Part shown: positions 1-12,027 of the stretch, in pieces
Numbering within the stretch: position 1 is the stretch's first letter
Layout: each line of letters starts with the position of its first letter
Source of the DNA: Nageia nagi
Taxonomy: Eukaryota > Plantae > Pinophyta
NCBI GenBank assembly: GCA_050084985.1
Contig: JBITNC010000001.1
Location: 159,960,001-160,024,000 of the forward strand
DNA: 64,000 bases
Reading direction: 5' to 3'
Notes under the pieces: model-generated
Seen by the model: the letters and a program-made list of their open reading frames with translations, nothing else
Told to the model about the DNA's origin: nothing
The model's database searches: none
Made by a program: the position numbers and the translations under genes

Positions 1-361
1 CTATTGAAGAATTTGACGGAGTCAATCATGATGAAGATAATGCCTTCGTTGCTCCATGCAAATGCTTTCTCTATTCCCTCCACTGTAAAGTCTAGTATCT
101 GGGTGCCTTCGGTGTCAAAGAGGGTTCTCTCCTTAGTGTTGCAATATCTAGCTACCTCAAGGCATAATTCAGGGTATGGAGTAGTGTATGGGATAATGGA
201 GGCCTCAACAATCCTGGATTGAGTGAGTGTCGTTGAGCAGTTTTCCAAGTGGGATTTTAGTTATCTTCTCCAATTTCTTGACTGGGTCAATGTGTGCCCA
301 ATCTGTATCATTGATCTGACTGAGGCCATCGACAAGCACGGACATAGGGAAAGGAGTCTTG

Positions 362-906
362 TTTAGAAAATGGAGACTACAACCGGTTAGAAAACAGAGA
401 GCAGTTTCTTTCTGTTTAACACCAAATTTCAGTTGCCAAGAAGCCATGACACCTGGTTATCAGTTATAGAAGGGTTGGGGGTTACCTAACAACCTTCCTG
501 ATCCAACTTGGGTTTAAGTTGGGTTAGTTTGTACCTATAAATAAGAGGCTTGAGTTGAGGCATGTATTATTGTAGTTTTGACAGCAATTGTGAAGTAGAT
601 TGTGATTGTTGAGAGAGAGAGATTGTAGTGAGGTTTTGTTGTAACTCCAAAGTGAAGATTGTAGCAAGGTTATGCTGCTGGTTTGTTGCTTGGAGGACTT
701 TGAAGAATGATATGCAAAAGGGTTGAAAGCTTCTCCGTGGATGTAGCCTACATTGGGTGAACCACGTTATCTCTTGTGTCTCTCTTTGTGTGATTGATGT
801 TCATGGTTATTTGATTTCAGTAGTATGTTTTGAATGTTGTTTCTTTTGCTAAGGAGTAAGAGAATTACTGATGTTCTTGCTTATATAAACTTATTAAATC
901 CTAACA
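362..906 (+). repeat. 5' LTR of the copia element
   Basis: Direct repeat of 4921-5466; ends in CA; TATA-like CTATAAAT near 535. Confidence 0.95.
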
Positions 907-908
907 AG

Positions 909-920
909 TGGTATCAGAGC
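909..920 (+). other. Primer-binding site (tRNA-iMet)
   Basis: TGGTATCAGAGC 2 nt after the LTR end. Confidence 0.95.
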
Positions 921-984
921 TTGTTGTTGTGTTGGGATTTTGTTGGTGAATCTTGTGTGTAGATTAGAAACCAGGAAGAGCACT

Positions 985-3900
985 ATGGCAGAAGAAGGGA
1001 GGCTGAAGGTGGAAAGATTTAATGGCAAGGTTTTCAGTTTTGGAAAATGCAAATGGAAGACTACCTCTACCAAAAGGATCTCTATCAACCTCTAGAAGAT
1101 AAGAGTAAGAAACCCACTTCTATGAGTGATGAAGAATGGAACTTGTTGGATAGAAAGGCTTTGGGAGCTGTAAGACTTTGTTTAAGTTCTAGTGTAGCTT
1201 TCAATATTTCCAATGAAAAAACTACTAAAGGTGTAATGGATAAGCTTGCTAAAATGTATGAAAAACCATCTGCCTCAAACAAAGTATACTTAATGAAGAA
1301 ATTGTTTAACATGAAGATGAATGAAGGTAGTTCAGTTCAAGACCATGTTAATGAATTTAACACAGTCACAAATCAATTAACTTCAGTAAAAATAGAATTT
1401 GAAGATGAAGTAAGAGCTTTGTTAATTCTATGTTCACTTCCAGATAGTTGGAATAGCTTTGTTATGGCTGTTAGTAATTCTTCTTCTAATGCAAAATTGG
1501 TCTTTGATGAAGTTGTTGGAACAATTCTTAGTGAGGACATGAGGAGAAAGTCCACGGGAGAATGCTCCAATGCTGCTCTCACAGTAGAGGCAAGAGGAAG
1601 ATCAAAGGAAAGAAGGAGAAGCAAGTCAAGAAGCAAATCGCAAGGAAGGTCAAAATCAAAAGGTAAAACTAAATGGGAATGTTGGCATTGTGGTAAAAAG
1701 GGTCACATTAAAAGGGATTGTTGGAATAGAAAAGGAAAAGAGAGTGAAAGTAGTAATTATAATAATGAAAGCACAAGTAACCAAGAGGCAAATATTGTTG
1801 GTGAATTAATTCAAGATGCTTTAATCATGTCTAATGAAAAGAATGATGATTATTGGGTTCTTGATTCGGGTGCTTCATATCATGCTACTCCACATAAGAA
1901 CTATTTTTCAAATTACACACATGGTGACTTTGGCCAAGTATTATTAGGTAATGAACACCCATGCAAGATTGTTGGTATTGGCAATATAACAATGAAATTA
2001 CCTAATGGAACACAATGGACTCTTAATGAAGCTAGACACATTCCGGATCTTAAAAGAAATCTTATATCAACAAGTAAATTGGATAAGGAGGGCTATGTGA
2101 TGACATTCGGGGATGCTAGTTGGAAAGTAACTAAAGGTTCAATGGTATTTGCAAAGGGAAATTTGGTGGGGTCTCTTTATTTGCTCACAAATGTCTTTGA
2201 TTATTCATTGAATCTTGTTTCAATAGGCAATGATACATCACTATGGCATAATAGACTTGGACATATGAGTGAGAAAGGTATGAAAATGTTACACTCTAAT
2301 GGTTCACTCCCTAATCTTAAAGAAGTTGATTTAGGATTTTGTGAAGATTGTGTGCATGGAAAACAAAAAAGAGTTAATTTTCTTAAAGTTGGCAAAGAAA
2401 AGAAAAGTCACAGATTAGAGCTTGTTCATACAGATGTGTGGGGTCCTGCACAGGTTTGCTCACTTGGAGGCTCATCTTATTTTGTCACTTTTATTGATGG
2501 TTGTACTAGAAAGACATGGGTATACTGTATTAAAAAGAAATCTGATGTGTTTGAAACATTTAAGAGGTGGAAGGCATTGGTTGAGAATGAAACTAATTCT
2601 AAGTTGAAATGTCTTAAGTCCGATAATGGTGGGGAATTTTGCAATAATGAGTTTGATTCATTTTGTTCACAAAATGGCATTAGAAGGATTAAGGTGGTCC
2701 CTAGAACTCCACAGGAAAATGGGGTTGCAGAAAGAATGAATAGGACTATCTTAGAAAGGGCTAGAAGTATGAGGATACATGCTGGGTTTCCTTTGAATCT
2801 TTGGGCTGATGCTATTGACACTGCTATTTACTTGATTAACAGGGGTCCATCTATGGCTTTAGATGGAGGCATTCCAGAGGAGATGTGGACAGGTAAAAAG
2901 GTGAATTACTCATTCTTGAGAGTCTTTGGTTGTGAGGCTTTTGCACATGTTGATAAAGAGGATAGAAAGAAACTTGATGCAAAATCACAAAAATGCTATT
3001 TTGTTGGATATGGTGTTAATGATTTGGGATATAGGTTATGGGATGTTGATAACCATAAAATCATTAGAAGTAGAGATGTTGTATTCAATGAGAAAAGCAT
3101 GTATAAAGATAGATTGCAAAATGTTGAGGAACCCAAGTTTGTATCTCTAGAAGATGTTGATCAATATAAGGGTCCTAATAATAATAATGTTCAAGCACCT
3201 CCACCACAAACACCTCAAACTTTGTCACTTAGAAGGTCCTCAAGGACTAGAAATCCTCCTAAACGATACTCTCCTGCTCTTTATCATATTCTTTATACTG
3301 ATGGTGGTGAACCTGAATGTTTTGATGAAGCTATGCAGGGTGATACACAGATTAAGTGGGAGCATGCTATGAAGGAGGAGATGGACTCCTTACTTAAGAA
3401 TCAAACTTGGAGTTTGGTTGAGCTTCCAAAGGGTAAGAAGGCACTTACTAACAAATGGGTGTACAGGATAAAGGAAGAGGTAGATGGGCGACAAAGGTAC
3501 AAGGCAAGACTTGTGGTAAAAGGTTTTGAACAGAAAAAAGGTATAGATTATAATGAGATCTTTTCTCTAGTTGTTAAAATGACCTCGATTAGAGCAATAT
3601 TGAGTCTTGTTGCTACTGAAAACTTGTTTCTTGAACAATTGGATGTAAAGACAGCTTTCCTTCATGGGATTTGGAGGAGGATATTTATATGCATCAACCC
3701 GAAGGTTTTGAGGTCAAAGGTAAATAAGGGTATGTATGTAAATTGGAAAAGAGCTTGTACGGTTTGAAGCAAGCACCTAGGCAATGGTATCATAAGTTTG
3801 ACACTTTCATGATAATAAATAAATTTGTAAGATGTCAATCTGATCATTGTGTGTATGTAAAGAAGACAACAAATGGCAACTATGTAATCTTGCTTTTATA

Positions 3901-4860
3901 TGTGGATGATATGTTGGTAGCAGGATCTAGTATGCAAGATATTGTTGATCTTAAGGAAAAGTTGGCTAATACATTTGAAATGAAGGATTTGGGTGAAGCT
4001 AAACAAATACTTGGAATGAAAATAACAAGAGATAAACAAAACCACTTGCTTAGACTAAGTCAAGAAGATTATATTGATAAGGTTCTTAAAAGGTTCAATA
4101 TGAATAATGCAAAATCTGTAACTACACCATTGGCAAAGCATTTTAAACTCACCAAACATTTAAGTCCTAAGACAGATAAGGAAAAGGAGTACATGACTAA
4201 AGTTCCCTATGCTTCGACGGTTGGGAGTTTAATGTATGCAATGGTGTGCACTAGACCAGATATAGCACAAGCAGTGGGAGTGGTTAGTAGATTCATGAAT
4301 AATCCCAGAAAAGGGCATTGGGAAGCAGTTAAATGGATCCTTAGGTATTTAAGGAGTACTTCTCATTACTCTTTATGTTTTGGTGGATCTAACTCTTGTT
4401 TGCAAGGTTATGTTGATTCTGACATGGCAGGTGATATAGATGGTGGGAGAAGCACTACAGGATATGTGTTTACCATTGAGGTACAGCGGTGAGTTGGATT
4501 TCAAAGCCCCAACAGGTTGTGGCTCTCTCCACTACTGAGGCAGAGTATGTTGCGATCACGGAGGCAAGTAAAGAATTGATTTGGTTGAAGAGATTGATGG
4601 AGGAACTGGGAAAGGTGCAGGAGGATGCAAAGCTATGGAGCGATAGCCAAAGTGCTATTCATCTTGCAAAGAACTCAGCCTACCATTCGAGAACCAAGCA
4701 TATCAAATTGAGGTACCACTTCATCAGGACAGCGTTGGAGGATGGTTCAGTCAGTTTGGGGAAGATTCACACGTCTCAAAATCCTGCGGACATGTTCACT
4801 AAAGTTGTTACAAAGGAGAAGTTGGGCTCTTGCTCAACTTGGATTGGTCTTAAGGAGTAA
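985..4860 (+). CDS. Copia Gag-Pol polyprotein (three -1 frameshifts as assembled)
   Basis: Starts MAEEGRLKVERFNG. Zinc knuckle CWHCGKKGHIKRDC, protease WVLDSGAS, integrase WHNRLGH/HTDVWGP/SDNGGEF/NGVAER, RT LYVDDML, RNase H STTEAEY/NPADMFTK. Frames break at ~1024, ~3667 and ~4478. Confidence 0.93.
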
Positions 4861-4920
4861 AGGCCAAGATGAGAAGCTTTTGACCCTTGTTGCAAAGGAA
4901 GAAGTCTCCAAGTGGGAGAT

Positions 4921-5466
4921 TGTTAGAAAATGGAGACTACAACCGGTTAGAAAACAGAGAGCAGTTTCTTTCTGTTTAACACCAAATTTCAGTTGCCAAG
5001 AAGCCATGACACCTGGTTATCAGTTATAGAAGGGTTGGGGGTTACCTAACAACCTTCCTGATCCAACTTGGGTTTAAGTTGGGTTAGTTTGTACCTATAA
5101 ATAAGAGGCTTGAGTTGAGGCATGTATTATTGTAGTTTTGACAGCAATTGTGAAGTAGATTGTGATTGTTGAGAGAGAGAGATTGTAGTGAGGTTTTGTT
5201 GTAACTCCAAAGTGAAGATTGTAGCAAGGTTATGCTGCTGGTTTGTTGCTTGGAGGACTTTGAAGAATGATATGCAAAAGGGTTGAAAGCTTCTCCGTGG
5301 ATGTAGCCTACATTGGGTGAACCACGTTATCTCTTGTGTCTCTCTTTGTGTGATTGATGTTCATGGTTATTTGATTTCAGTAGTATGTTTTGAATGTTGT
5401 TTCTTTTGCTAAGGAGTAAGAGAATTACTGATGCTCTTGCTTATATAAACTTATTAAATCCTAACA
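4921..5466 (+). repeat. 3' LTR of the copia element
   Basis: TG...CA termini, preceded by PPT AAGTGGGAGAT (4910-4920). Confidence 0.96.
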
Positions 5467-6219
5467 TCTTGCCCCTTTTTTCAATGGTGATTGGGCTATC
5501 CTTCATTATCCTCTCCATCTGGAGTTCTTTGTTCCTCTTATTAGTGCTCATTATTTATAGCTTGTGGAGCACAAAAAGGTGTTAGGAGTGATACTAGGTA
5601 TACCTGGGGCAAAAAGGAGTAGGTTTATTTTTGGTATATTTTTGGGTTTTGGAGGGATGTGAGTGGATTTTGAGGGATTTGCAGAAGTTGTCGGAATGAG
5701 GAAATAAGTACATGGGGGTTGGCAAATAAATCTAAGAGGCTTGTGTCCAACTCTCAGAGAAAAATATCAAGTTTTCAATGTTCGAAACAACTCGTTTTTT
5801 AGCCCATGTATTTATTTTTTACAGGTTTTTGGACAACTTGGAAGCTTGGAAAGATGGGGATGAAAATGTTGTGCCTCACAACATCCCCTTAATTTTTTAC
5901 AAAATTTGGGGACCCTACTCTTGCAAATGAGAAATTCAATAGATGAACTAAAGAAAAGCAAGAGCTAAAAAAGATCAGCATGCATTGACCAAAAATTCCC
6001 TCAAGACTTGCACAATTTCACTTCAGAGCCTGCACAGGCCAAGATTACAAAAGGTGTGAGTGCGATGGGGGAAAACGTTTTCCAAGTTTTAAGGTTGCAT
6101 GGAATTTTAGTGGTTATTCTTCGACAAAGCAACCTGGGCCTGTAAAAGAGGTAAAATCTCCTAAAATTCCAAGTATTAGCTAGCCGACCTCAATTTGAGT
6201 AAAAAAAATTCTAAGTATG

Positions 6220-7530
6220 AAGAGGTTGCGCATTTTTAGGAGTATGCAAAAGGATGGTTTCGAAAACAAGTGACCAAAATGACGAAATAAGTAGGTCACG
6301 CGTTTTGCATCATATGCCTCAAGCTAGTTAGGTTGCGCATTTCAACAAGAATGCCCCAGCCAAGGAGTTCACGTGTTTTGGGTTGCATGTCCAGATTGCA
6401 CGTTTTAAGAAGAATGCATGAACCATGTTGTTGAAAACATGCGACCAAGAGGGTTAGGTTGCACAGATTGAAGTAGATGCATTAAAAGCTAGTGACAAAG
6501 GATAATTCTTGAACATTGAGCAAAAGGAAGGCATAAAAGGAGATCCCACTTCATTTTTAACAAAGTCTGGGCCCAAAGATAGTTGGTCGCGAGTTTTCCT
6601 TCGAATGCCCTATTTTGCTAAGTCGCACATTTCAGACCGAATGCGTAATACAGTTCGATCGCGAGTTTTGAGAAAGGTGCATAGAGCATATGTTTTAAAA
6701 CATGCGACCAAAGGAAAATAGGTCACGCAATTTGAAGTGAATGCTTGAGGCATGTTTTTGAAAACATGCGACCTAGTTGTCTTCAAAGATTGTGCTCGAG
6801 TGGCTATAAAAAGTGAGACTCTTCTTCATTTTGGCACAAGTGTGATATTGGCAAAAGGGTAGGATGCGCATTTTCGACAAAGTGCCTTGAGAAGTTGGTC
6901 ACACGTTATAAAAAGGATGCCCCAATCATATGTTTTGAATCATGCGACCAAGGTATTTTTGGAAAGGAACACATCAGCATTAGCTATAAAAGGGATTTAG
7001 ACCCTTGATTGAGTTTCATTCACAAGGGAAGAGCAAGTCGCATGATTTCAAATGCATGTAGGGAACAATTGGCTCAAACCATGCAACCTAGCCTATCTGG
7101 CCAAAACATGCGACCTCATGTAGATGAACACCTGGTTTGATGATATGGACCCACATGGCATCTAGAGGCTATAAAAACCCCAAATCTACCCTCCTCTTCA
7201 CTATCTGTCAAAGGCAAAATTGGTCGCATGATTTAAGGATAATGCAAAAAGCAATACATTGAAAGTATGCGACCTGGATCAGTCATCAAGCTTATGCGAT
7301 CTGGAGGAGATGTTTGCTGCAAAGGACATGATCTCAAGAACATGTGACCTCACCCAAAGTGATAGATAATTGCCAAACAAATGCATGAAGGGTTTTTTGA
7401 ACCAAAATTGATACATTTGTGGCATTTTGGAAGGGTAGAATAAATTTATAGATAATTGCCAGACTTAAGGCAAGTTGCACATTCCAGTTATAATGCTATA
7501 AGGCACTATTGTTCAAACTTGCGACCTATC
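6220..7530. repeat. Degenerate array of GGTCGCA(TG) / CATGCGACC motifs, often as inverted pairs, with variable spacers
   Basis: About 20 or more copies, e.g. 6448 CATGCGACC, 6584 GGTCGCGAG, 6701 CATGCGACC, 7221 TGGTCGCATG paired with ATGCGACC near 7267. GCTATAAAA recurs at ~6804, ~6983 and ~7168. Confidence 0.75.
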
Positions 7531-7647
7531 CAGAATTTGCAGAAGATTTGAAGTTATTGAGCCAAAGCTGACTTATTTGCGTTTGGCAAGAGACAATTTG
7601 AAAAAGGACGCATGACATCACGTGCATGCAAAAGATAGATTTTGCCC

Positions 7648-8037
7648 CTAGAGTTGGAGTTGATAGGTATATTTAGTCATTTGCTCCTCCACGTCCTTCT
7701 TCAAGGGTACCCTCACCTTAAGCATGGTTTGGCATTTGTCTGAAGCATACTTCAGCCAGTCCTAATGGTACATAAACTCATGATAGTAGATCAATTTTTC
7801 ATGTTTGCCAGCAAAGATGCCCTGAATATTGGTGATAGTAGCGAAATGGGAATCCAAATTATCTAGGAGGTCAAATATTTGTTTTTTCATTTCCCTCAAT
7901 TCAACTCCTTCAATGAGATCAAATATTTGAGAAGCTAGCTTCTCAATAGTCTATATCATCTCCTTGTTCAAGGTGTCTCTCATCACAATCCACCCAGCAT
8001 TGAACAAAGTTTGCCTTTTGAGTTCTCTAGGAGTCAT
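7648..8037 (-). pseudogene. Antisense 130-codon ORF remnant inside the long LTR, unknown protein
   Basis: One frame from ATG 8037: MTPRELKRQTLFNAGWIVMRDTLNKEMI*TIEKLASQIFDLIEGVELREMKKQIFDLLDNLDSHF...YH*DWLKY...YQLQL*. Only two internal stops, both TAG. Confidence 0.45.
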
Positions 8038-9724
8038 GCTCACTGCTAGCTCTCACACAAAGTATGAAATCAAGGTGAGGAAGCTGATATAAAAATTTGT
8101 ATGATATGTCTGAACTCGGAACTTTGTGTTTTTCAACTATTTTGTGAAAACTGCTCTAAATCCTGCATCGATTGAGAGATTTCCATATCATCACTACTTT
8201 GCATATTTTACAAAGTTTATATTTTATAAATTGCATTAGAAGCACTATTGATGCCAGGTGTGATTGTTAAGAATATAAATGCATGCAAAACAAGAAAACT
8301 GTAAGAAACATTTGAAGAAATTCAGAAGACCTAGAATGTGATCAGTTCATCTAAATTTCTCCAAGTTTTGGCAGAGCTCTGCTAACATCAAATATAAGAG
8401 AGTGGCATCAGATTGTATTTGGCAGAGACTCCAGAGGAATTTTTGAACTTCTATAAACAAAAATTTAGAGTGCAAATTCAGGGTCATATGGGTGTCCAAG
8501 AAGTTAAGTTGATGGCATGAATCTTGGCATAGGAGTCAGACTAGTGGGCTGACATTAGGGTAATGCCCATATCCTTTTCTTAGCCACATGACTCTGCTTC
8601 AATAACCAAGGTGAAAAAAACACTTTTCCAGCTTATAAACGTCTACATCAGCATTGTTTGCCCCTTCTGTCTCAAACTCAAGATTTGTAACTTGAAATTG
8701 CATAATGATCATTTCTGACTTAAGAATGGATGTTGTCATGGTTTCAGAAATTTTGGCATTTAGCAGAAACAGATGAAAATTAGAGACTAAGAATAACACA
8801 TGGTGGGGAAACCAAGGGCTTCAAGAAGCAACATTCTCTAGGAAGAATACAGAGAATTACAAGCTGCAGACTTTTTGTGTACAGCTAGAATGGGTCACAC
8901 ATTGCTTATGATTGTCTTTGATAGAAACTACTGTCAAAAGTAGTATAATGGATATGATAAAAGATTATGTAGCTTCTGAACCCTCATTAGTTATCAGTTT
9001 CACCTTGTAAGGGCATACCCTATACTCATACCTATTGACCCCTATAAATACTTTATCACCTACCCCACTATTTCACAAACGCACTCATGATAACACTCCC
9101 TGTATATCTTGACTTCTTCTTACATATTTCTCCCTCAAGCAGTATGAAAGCCACTTCACTGGCTTCTGGTTTAAATTGCAGTTTGTGACCAATGCTTTTT
9201 TGGGTTTACGTTTCATCTTAGCCTTTTGCAGAATATGGACACAAATTTTAAAAAATAGAATTAAATATCTCTTGTTCAAAAAGTATATATCTATATATTA
9301 ACTATTAAAAAACAAAATAAATCATATTTATTATTAAAAATTGTATATACATATATGGTGCAGGACCATCCATTCCCATCTTTGCATGACTCCCCGCCTT
9401 CTGTCTGCAACCTCACTACTTTCCTCCTCACCTTCTGTCATTGCCATTTTTCCATGCCACCTTGTGCACCCATCCGTAGTCATGTCCAGCCCCACTTAAC
9501 TTTCAGTGATTGCCTACACCAGTTTCCCCATGCTTTCATACATAGTTTGATATTCTCCACTTGTTCGTTTTTCATTTTGACTGCCATAATTATTTTAAAG
9601 ACTGATGATGAAATAAAACAAGTTATATAGTATTCTCTTGGTTGAATCCATGTAAAAATATCTACAGAGTGAAGACAGCTGTACAAAATCCTGTAGCACT
9701 CATGATTTTAGATGCATGATTAAT

Positions 9725-11655
9725 AACAGCTTGTTCCAAAAATCTCTGTTACAAAGGAGAAAGCTGTTATAAGTTTAGAATCTAATAATGTGTCCAGTAG
9801 TTGTAGATTTACTGAATCTCCAACTGCCAAGTTAAAAGAAAAAAACTTTCTTGAAGGCCTTCCCAGATCTCAAACATCTCCAAGATCTGTAGATCATAGA
9901 TTCTGTACACACTCTCGCTTGGTACCTGTAAACCAAGAATCATTTAAATACCAGTGCCAAGAGTGTCTCTCTCTTGTAGAAAGATCTTTTCATGTAAATA
10001 TGTTTAGCAAAAATTTCCCTGAAGATAAAGATGAAGATTGGGAAATAGACGAAGAAAAGAAAGTACAGTCCTGGTTTGTTAGAAAAACTTCAAAGGGAGT
10101 TGAACAGTCTCCCACAGAAAAACTTCAAAATTGGAACAATGTTGCTACTTCTTGTTTAAACAAGAAAGTTGATTCTTTAACAGACATCTTAAAAAGGGTA
10201 GAAGAAGTCATTGAAAGAGCCCAATCAAGAAACAGAATTGTTGTTGAGCCAAGGCTCGAGTCTCTACATGAGAAACTAGACTTGTTAGCCTTAAAATTTG
10301 AACCCAAGAAGACTTCTTCTTTTTGGGAAGAGTTTAGTGATTCTCCATCCATTGCAACTTCAGAAGCTCCTGCTAGTATACAGACTTGGAGAAAGGTTAA
10401 ACAGTTAGCTGGAAAATTTTCTTCCTCAAGACTCTGGTAACAACAAAACAGAAAAAGATCCTTGCTGATAAAAAGGTTAATATGGCTAGATCACAGATGT
10501 CTGAAATATTCAATGAAGAAAAAGGGCCACGAGAGCTTTCTCATGCTCAGCCTTTAAACACTACAGTTTGCAATCAGAATCTTCAACCATCTTACTATAA
10601 AATTGAATACAAAACTCCTAAACAAATTACAGAAATGATACATGGCATGTTAGGCTGGTCAAATACCCAACTAGAATAGTTGAATAAAGATCTCTATACC
10701 ATCGCACAATAAGTTGCTAATGGATTTGTTGGCATATTAAAAGAATGGTGGGATAATATATCAGAGCAAAACCAATAGGCGATTTTACAAAATGGTACAA
10801 TTGGGTTATGCAATACTATCATATCAAAGTTCATAGGCAGCTTAAAGCAAAATTTAGAAATTGCTAAACAAAAGTTTGTCTACACAAATTTGTGATGAGT
10901 AAGTTGAAAAAATACCAATGCAAAATGCAAGGATGGTATTATAATTATGGACAAATCCATAATGCATTAATGAAAACCAGATACATTGAATCTTTTCCTA
11001 AATTTTTCAAAGAAGCTTACAAAAAGAATATTGTTGTCTTAAATCTTAGTACTGAGACACTTTCTTTTGCTCGTATAAATAAAGTCATTGACCAGACTAA
11101 TAGAGAGCTGTGTTTAGAGCAGAAAAAGAAAAAAGAATTGAAGAAACAGCATAAGTTCTCAAGAACTTCTTTCTGTAAAGAAAATCTTGAAGAAGATTTT
11201 GGTTGTTCATCCAAGGCTAAAAAGAAGTTTCATACAGATAAGCAATCTCTCAAGCATTCAAAATGTCTAGATTGTAAAAGTAAGAAACGAACATTCACAA
11301 AAAGCCCTTACCATAAAAGAAGAAAAGTCTTTAGGAAACAATCACACTTTCCTAAAAAACAAGTTAAATGTTTTATTTGTCAAGGTTTCATTACGCTACC
11401 AAATGTCCTCAGAAAGGTAAATCCATTGAGAAAAAGAAAGTTAATATGATTTCGTCATTAGACATTTGTGAAACTGACTACCAGTTAGTTTCTGACACCA
11501 GTGGCTTTGATTCAAACATTGTATATAGTTCTGATCATTCTGTTAATTATAATAAGCATGCTTCAAGTTTAGAATCAGACTCCTCTACCAGTATTGATTC
11601 CGATATTGATTTTCAAATTCATATGTATTCAACAGCTAACCCAAGCCCAATCTGA
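9725..11655 (+). pseudogene. Viral polyprotein, post-MP region and capsid protein with zinc knuckle (decayed)
   Basis: Capsid motif VANGFVGILKEWWD (~10713-10755), Lys-rich tract, CFICQG-(F)HYATKCP knuckle at ~11368-11409, acidic Ser/Asp tail; several stops and frameshifts. Confidence 0.85.
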
Positions 11656-12027
11656 ACTATCCAAAGTTCCATATTATGATTTGGCCAAAAAGAATTATCT
11701 TGAAAATCTTGTTGGTTCTTTGCAAAATCAATACTTTTTCATGCTCTTTCAGATCAACACACAAAGTCCACACTTCAGAAACGTGGTGAAGTAGAAGGAT
11801 CAAAACATCCTGTAAATACCACAGGACATTATAAGTTTTGCACATGTGATGAGTGCATGATAACTCAAGGGTTACTTAAACCCAAGACAGTCTCATCAGA
11901 TTTATACTGCAGAGAACAAAAGGTTATACTAGGCAAAGAAAAACACTGCTTAGACTTCCCATGAAAACAGCATATTGCAGAAAGAGCTCAGTGGTGAATA
12001 CATAGGATTGAGAAGCTACAAAATTTC

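Larger units (their letters stand above)
362..5466 (+). mobile_element. Full-length, very young Ty1/copia LTR retrotransposon (Tnt1/Tork-like)
   Basis: Two ~545-bp LTRs differ by one substitution (874 T / 5434 C) plus a missing terminal G. PBS, PPT and gag-PR-INT-RT-RH order are present. 5-bp TSD TCTTG at 357-361 and 5467-5471. Confidence 0.97.
1..5551 (-). pseudogene. Antisense accessory ORF remnant in the 3' region of an Ogre/Tat-like Ty3 element, split by the copia insertion
   Basis: Removing 362-5471 restores one frame from ATG 5551: MSTNKRNKELQMERIMKDSPITIEKRG-KTPFPMSVLVDGLSQINDTDWAHIDP... After a frameshift near 215 it continues RIVEASIIPYTTPYPELCLEVARYC... It lies just upstream of a PPT and LTR start at 5867. 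Confidence 0.55.
5867..9077 (+). mobile_element. Long (~3.2 kb) 3' LTR of an Ogre/Tat-like Ty3/gypsy element (right end approximate)
   Basis: Purine tract GGAAAGATGGGGATGAAAA is directly followed by TGTTGTG. The start resembles the LTR start at 29212 (CACAACA..CCCC..TTTGGGGACCCT..GCAA(A)TGAG). Candidate end ...TTTCACA at 9077. Confidence 0.55.

Noticed and set aside
6220-7530. CRISPR-like repeat-spacer appearance
   Set aside because: Motifs are short, degenerate, in both orientations and irregularly spaced; eukaryotic LTR context with no cas genes
8599-8799. Candidate SS3 exon 8 (VTNLEFETEG...)
   Set aside because: Lacks the expected WGGTEIKVW..VEGL motif and a suitable acceptor; lies in an LTR-like region
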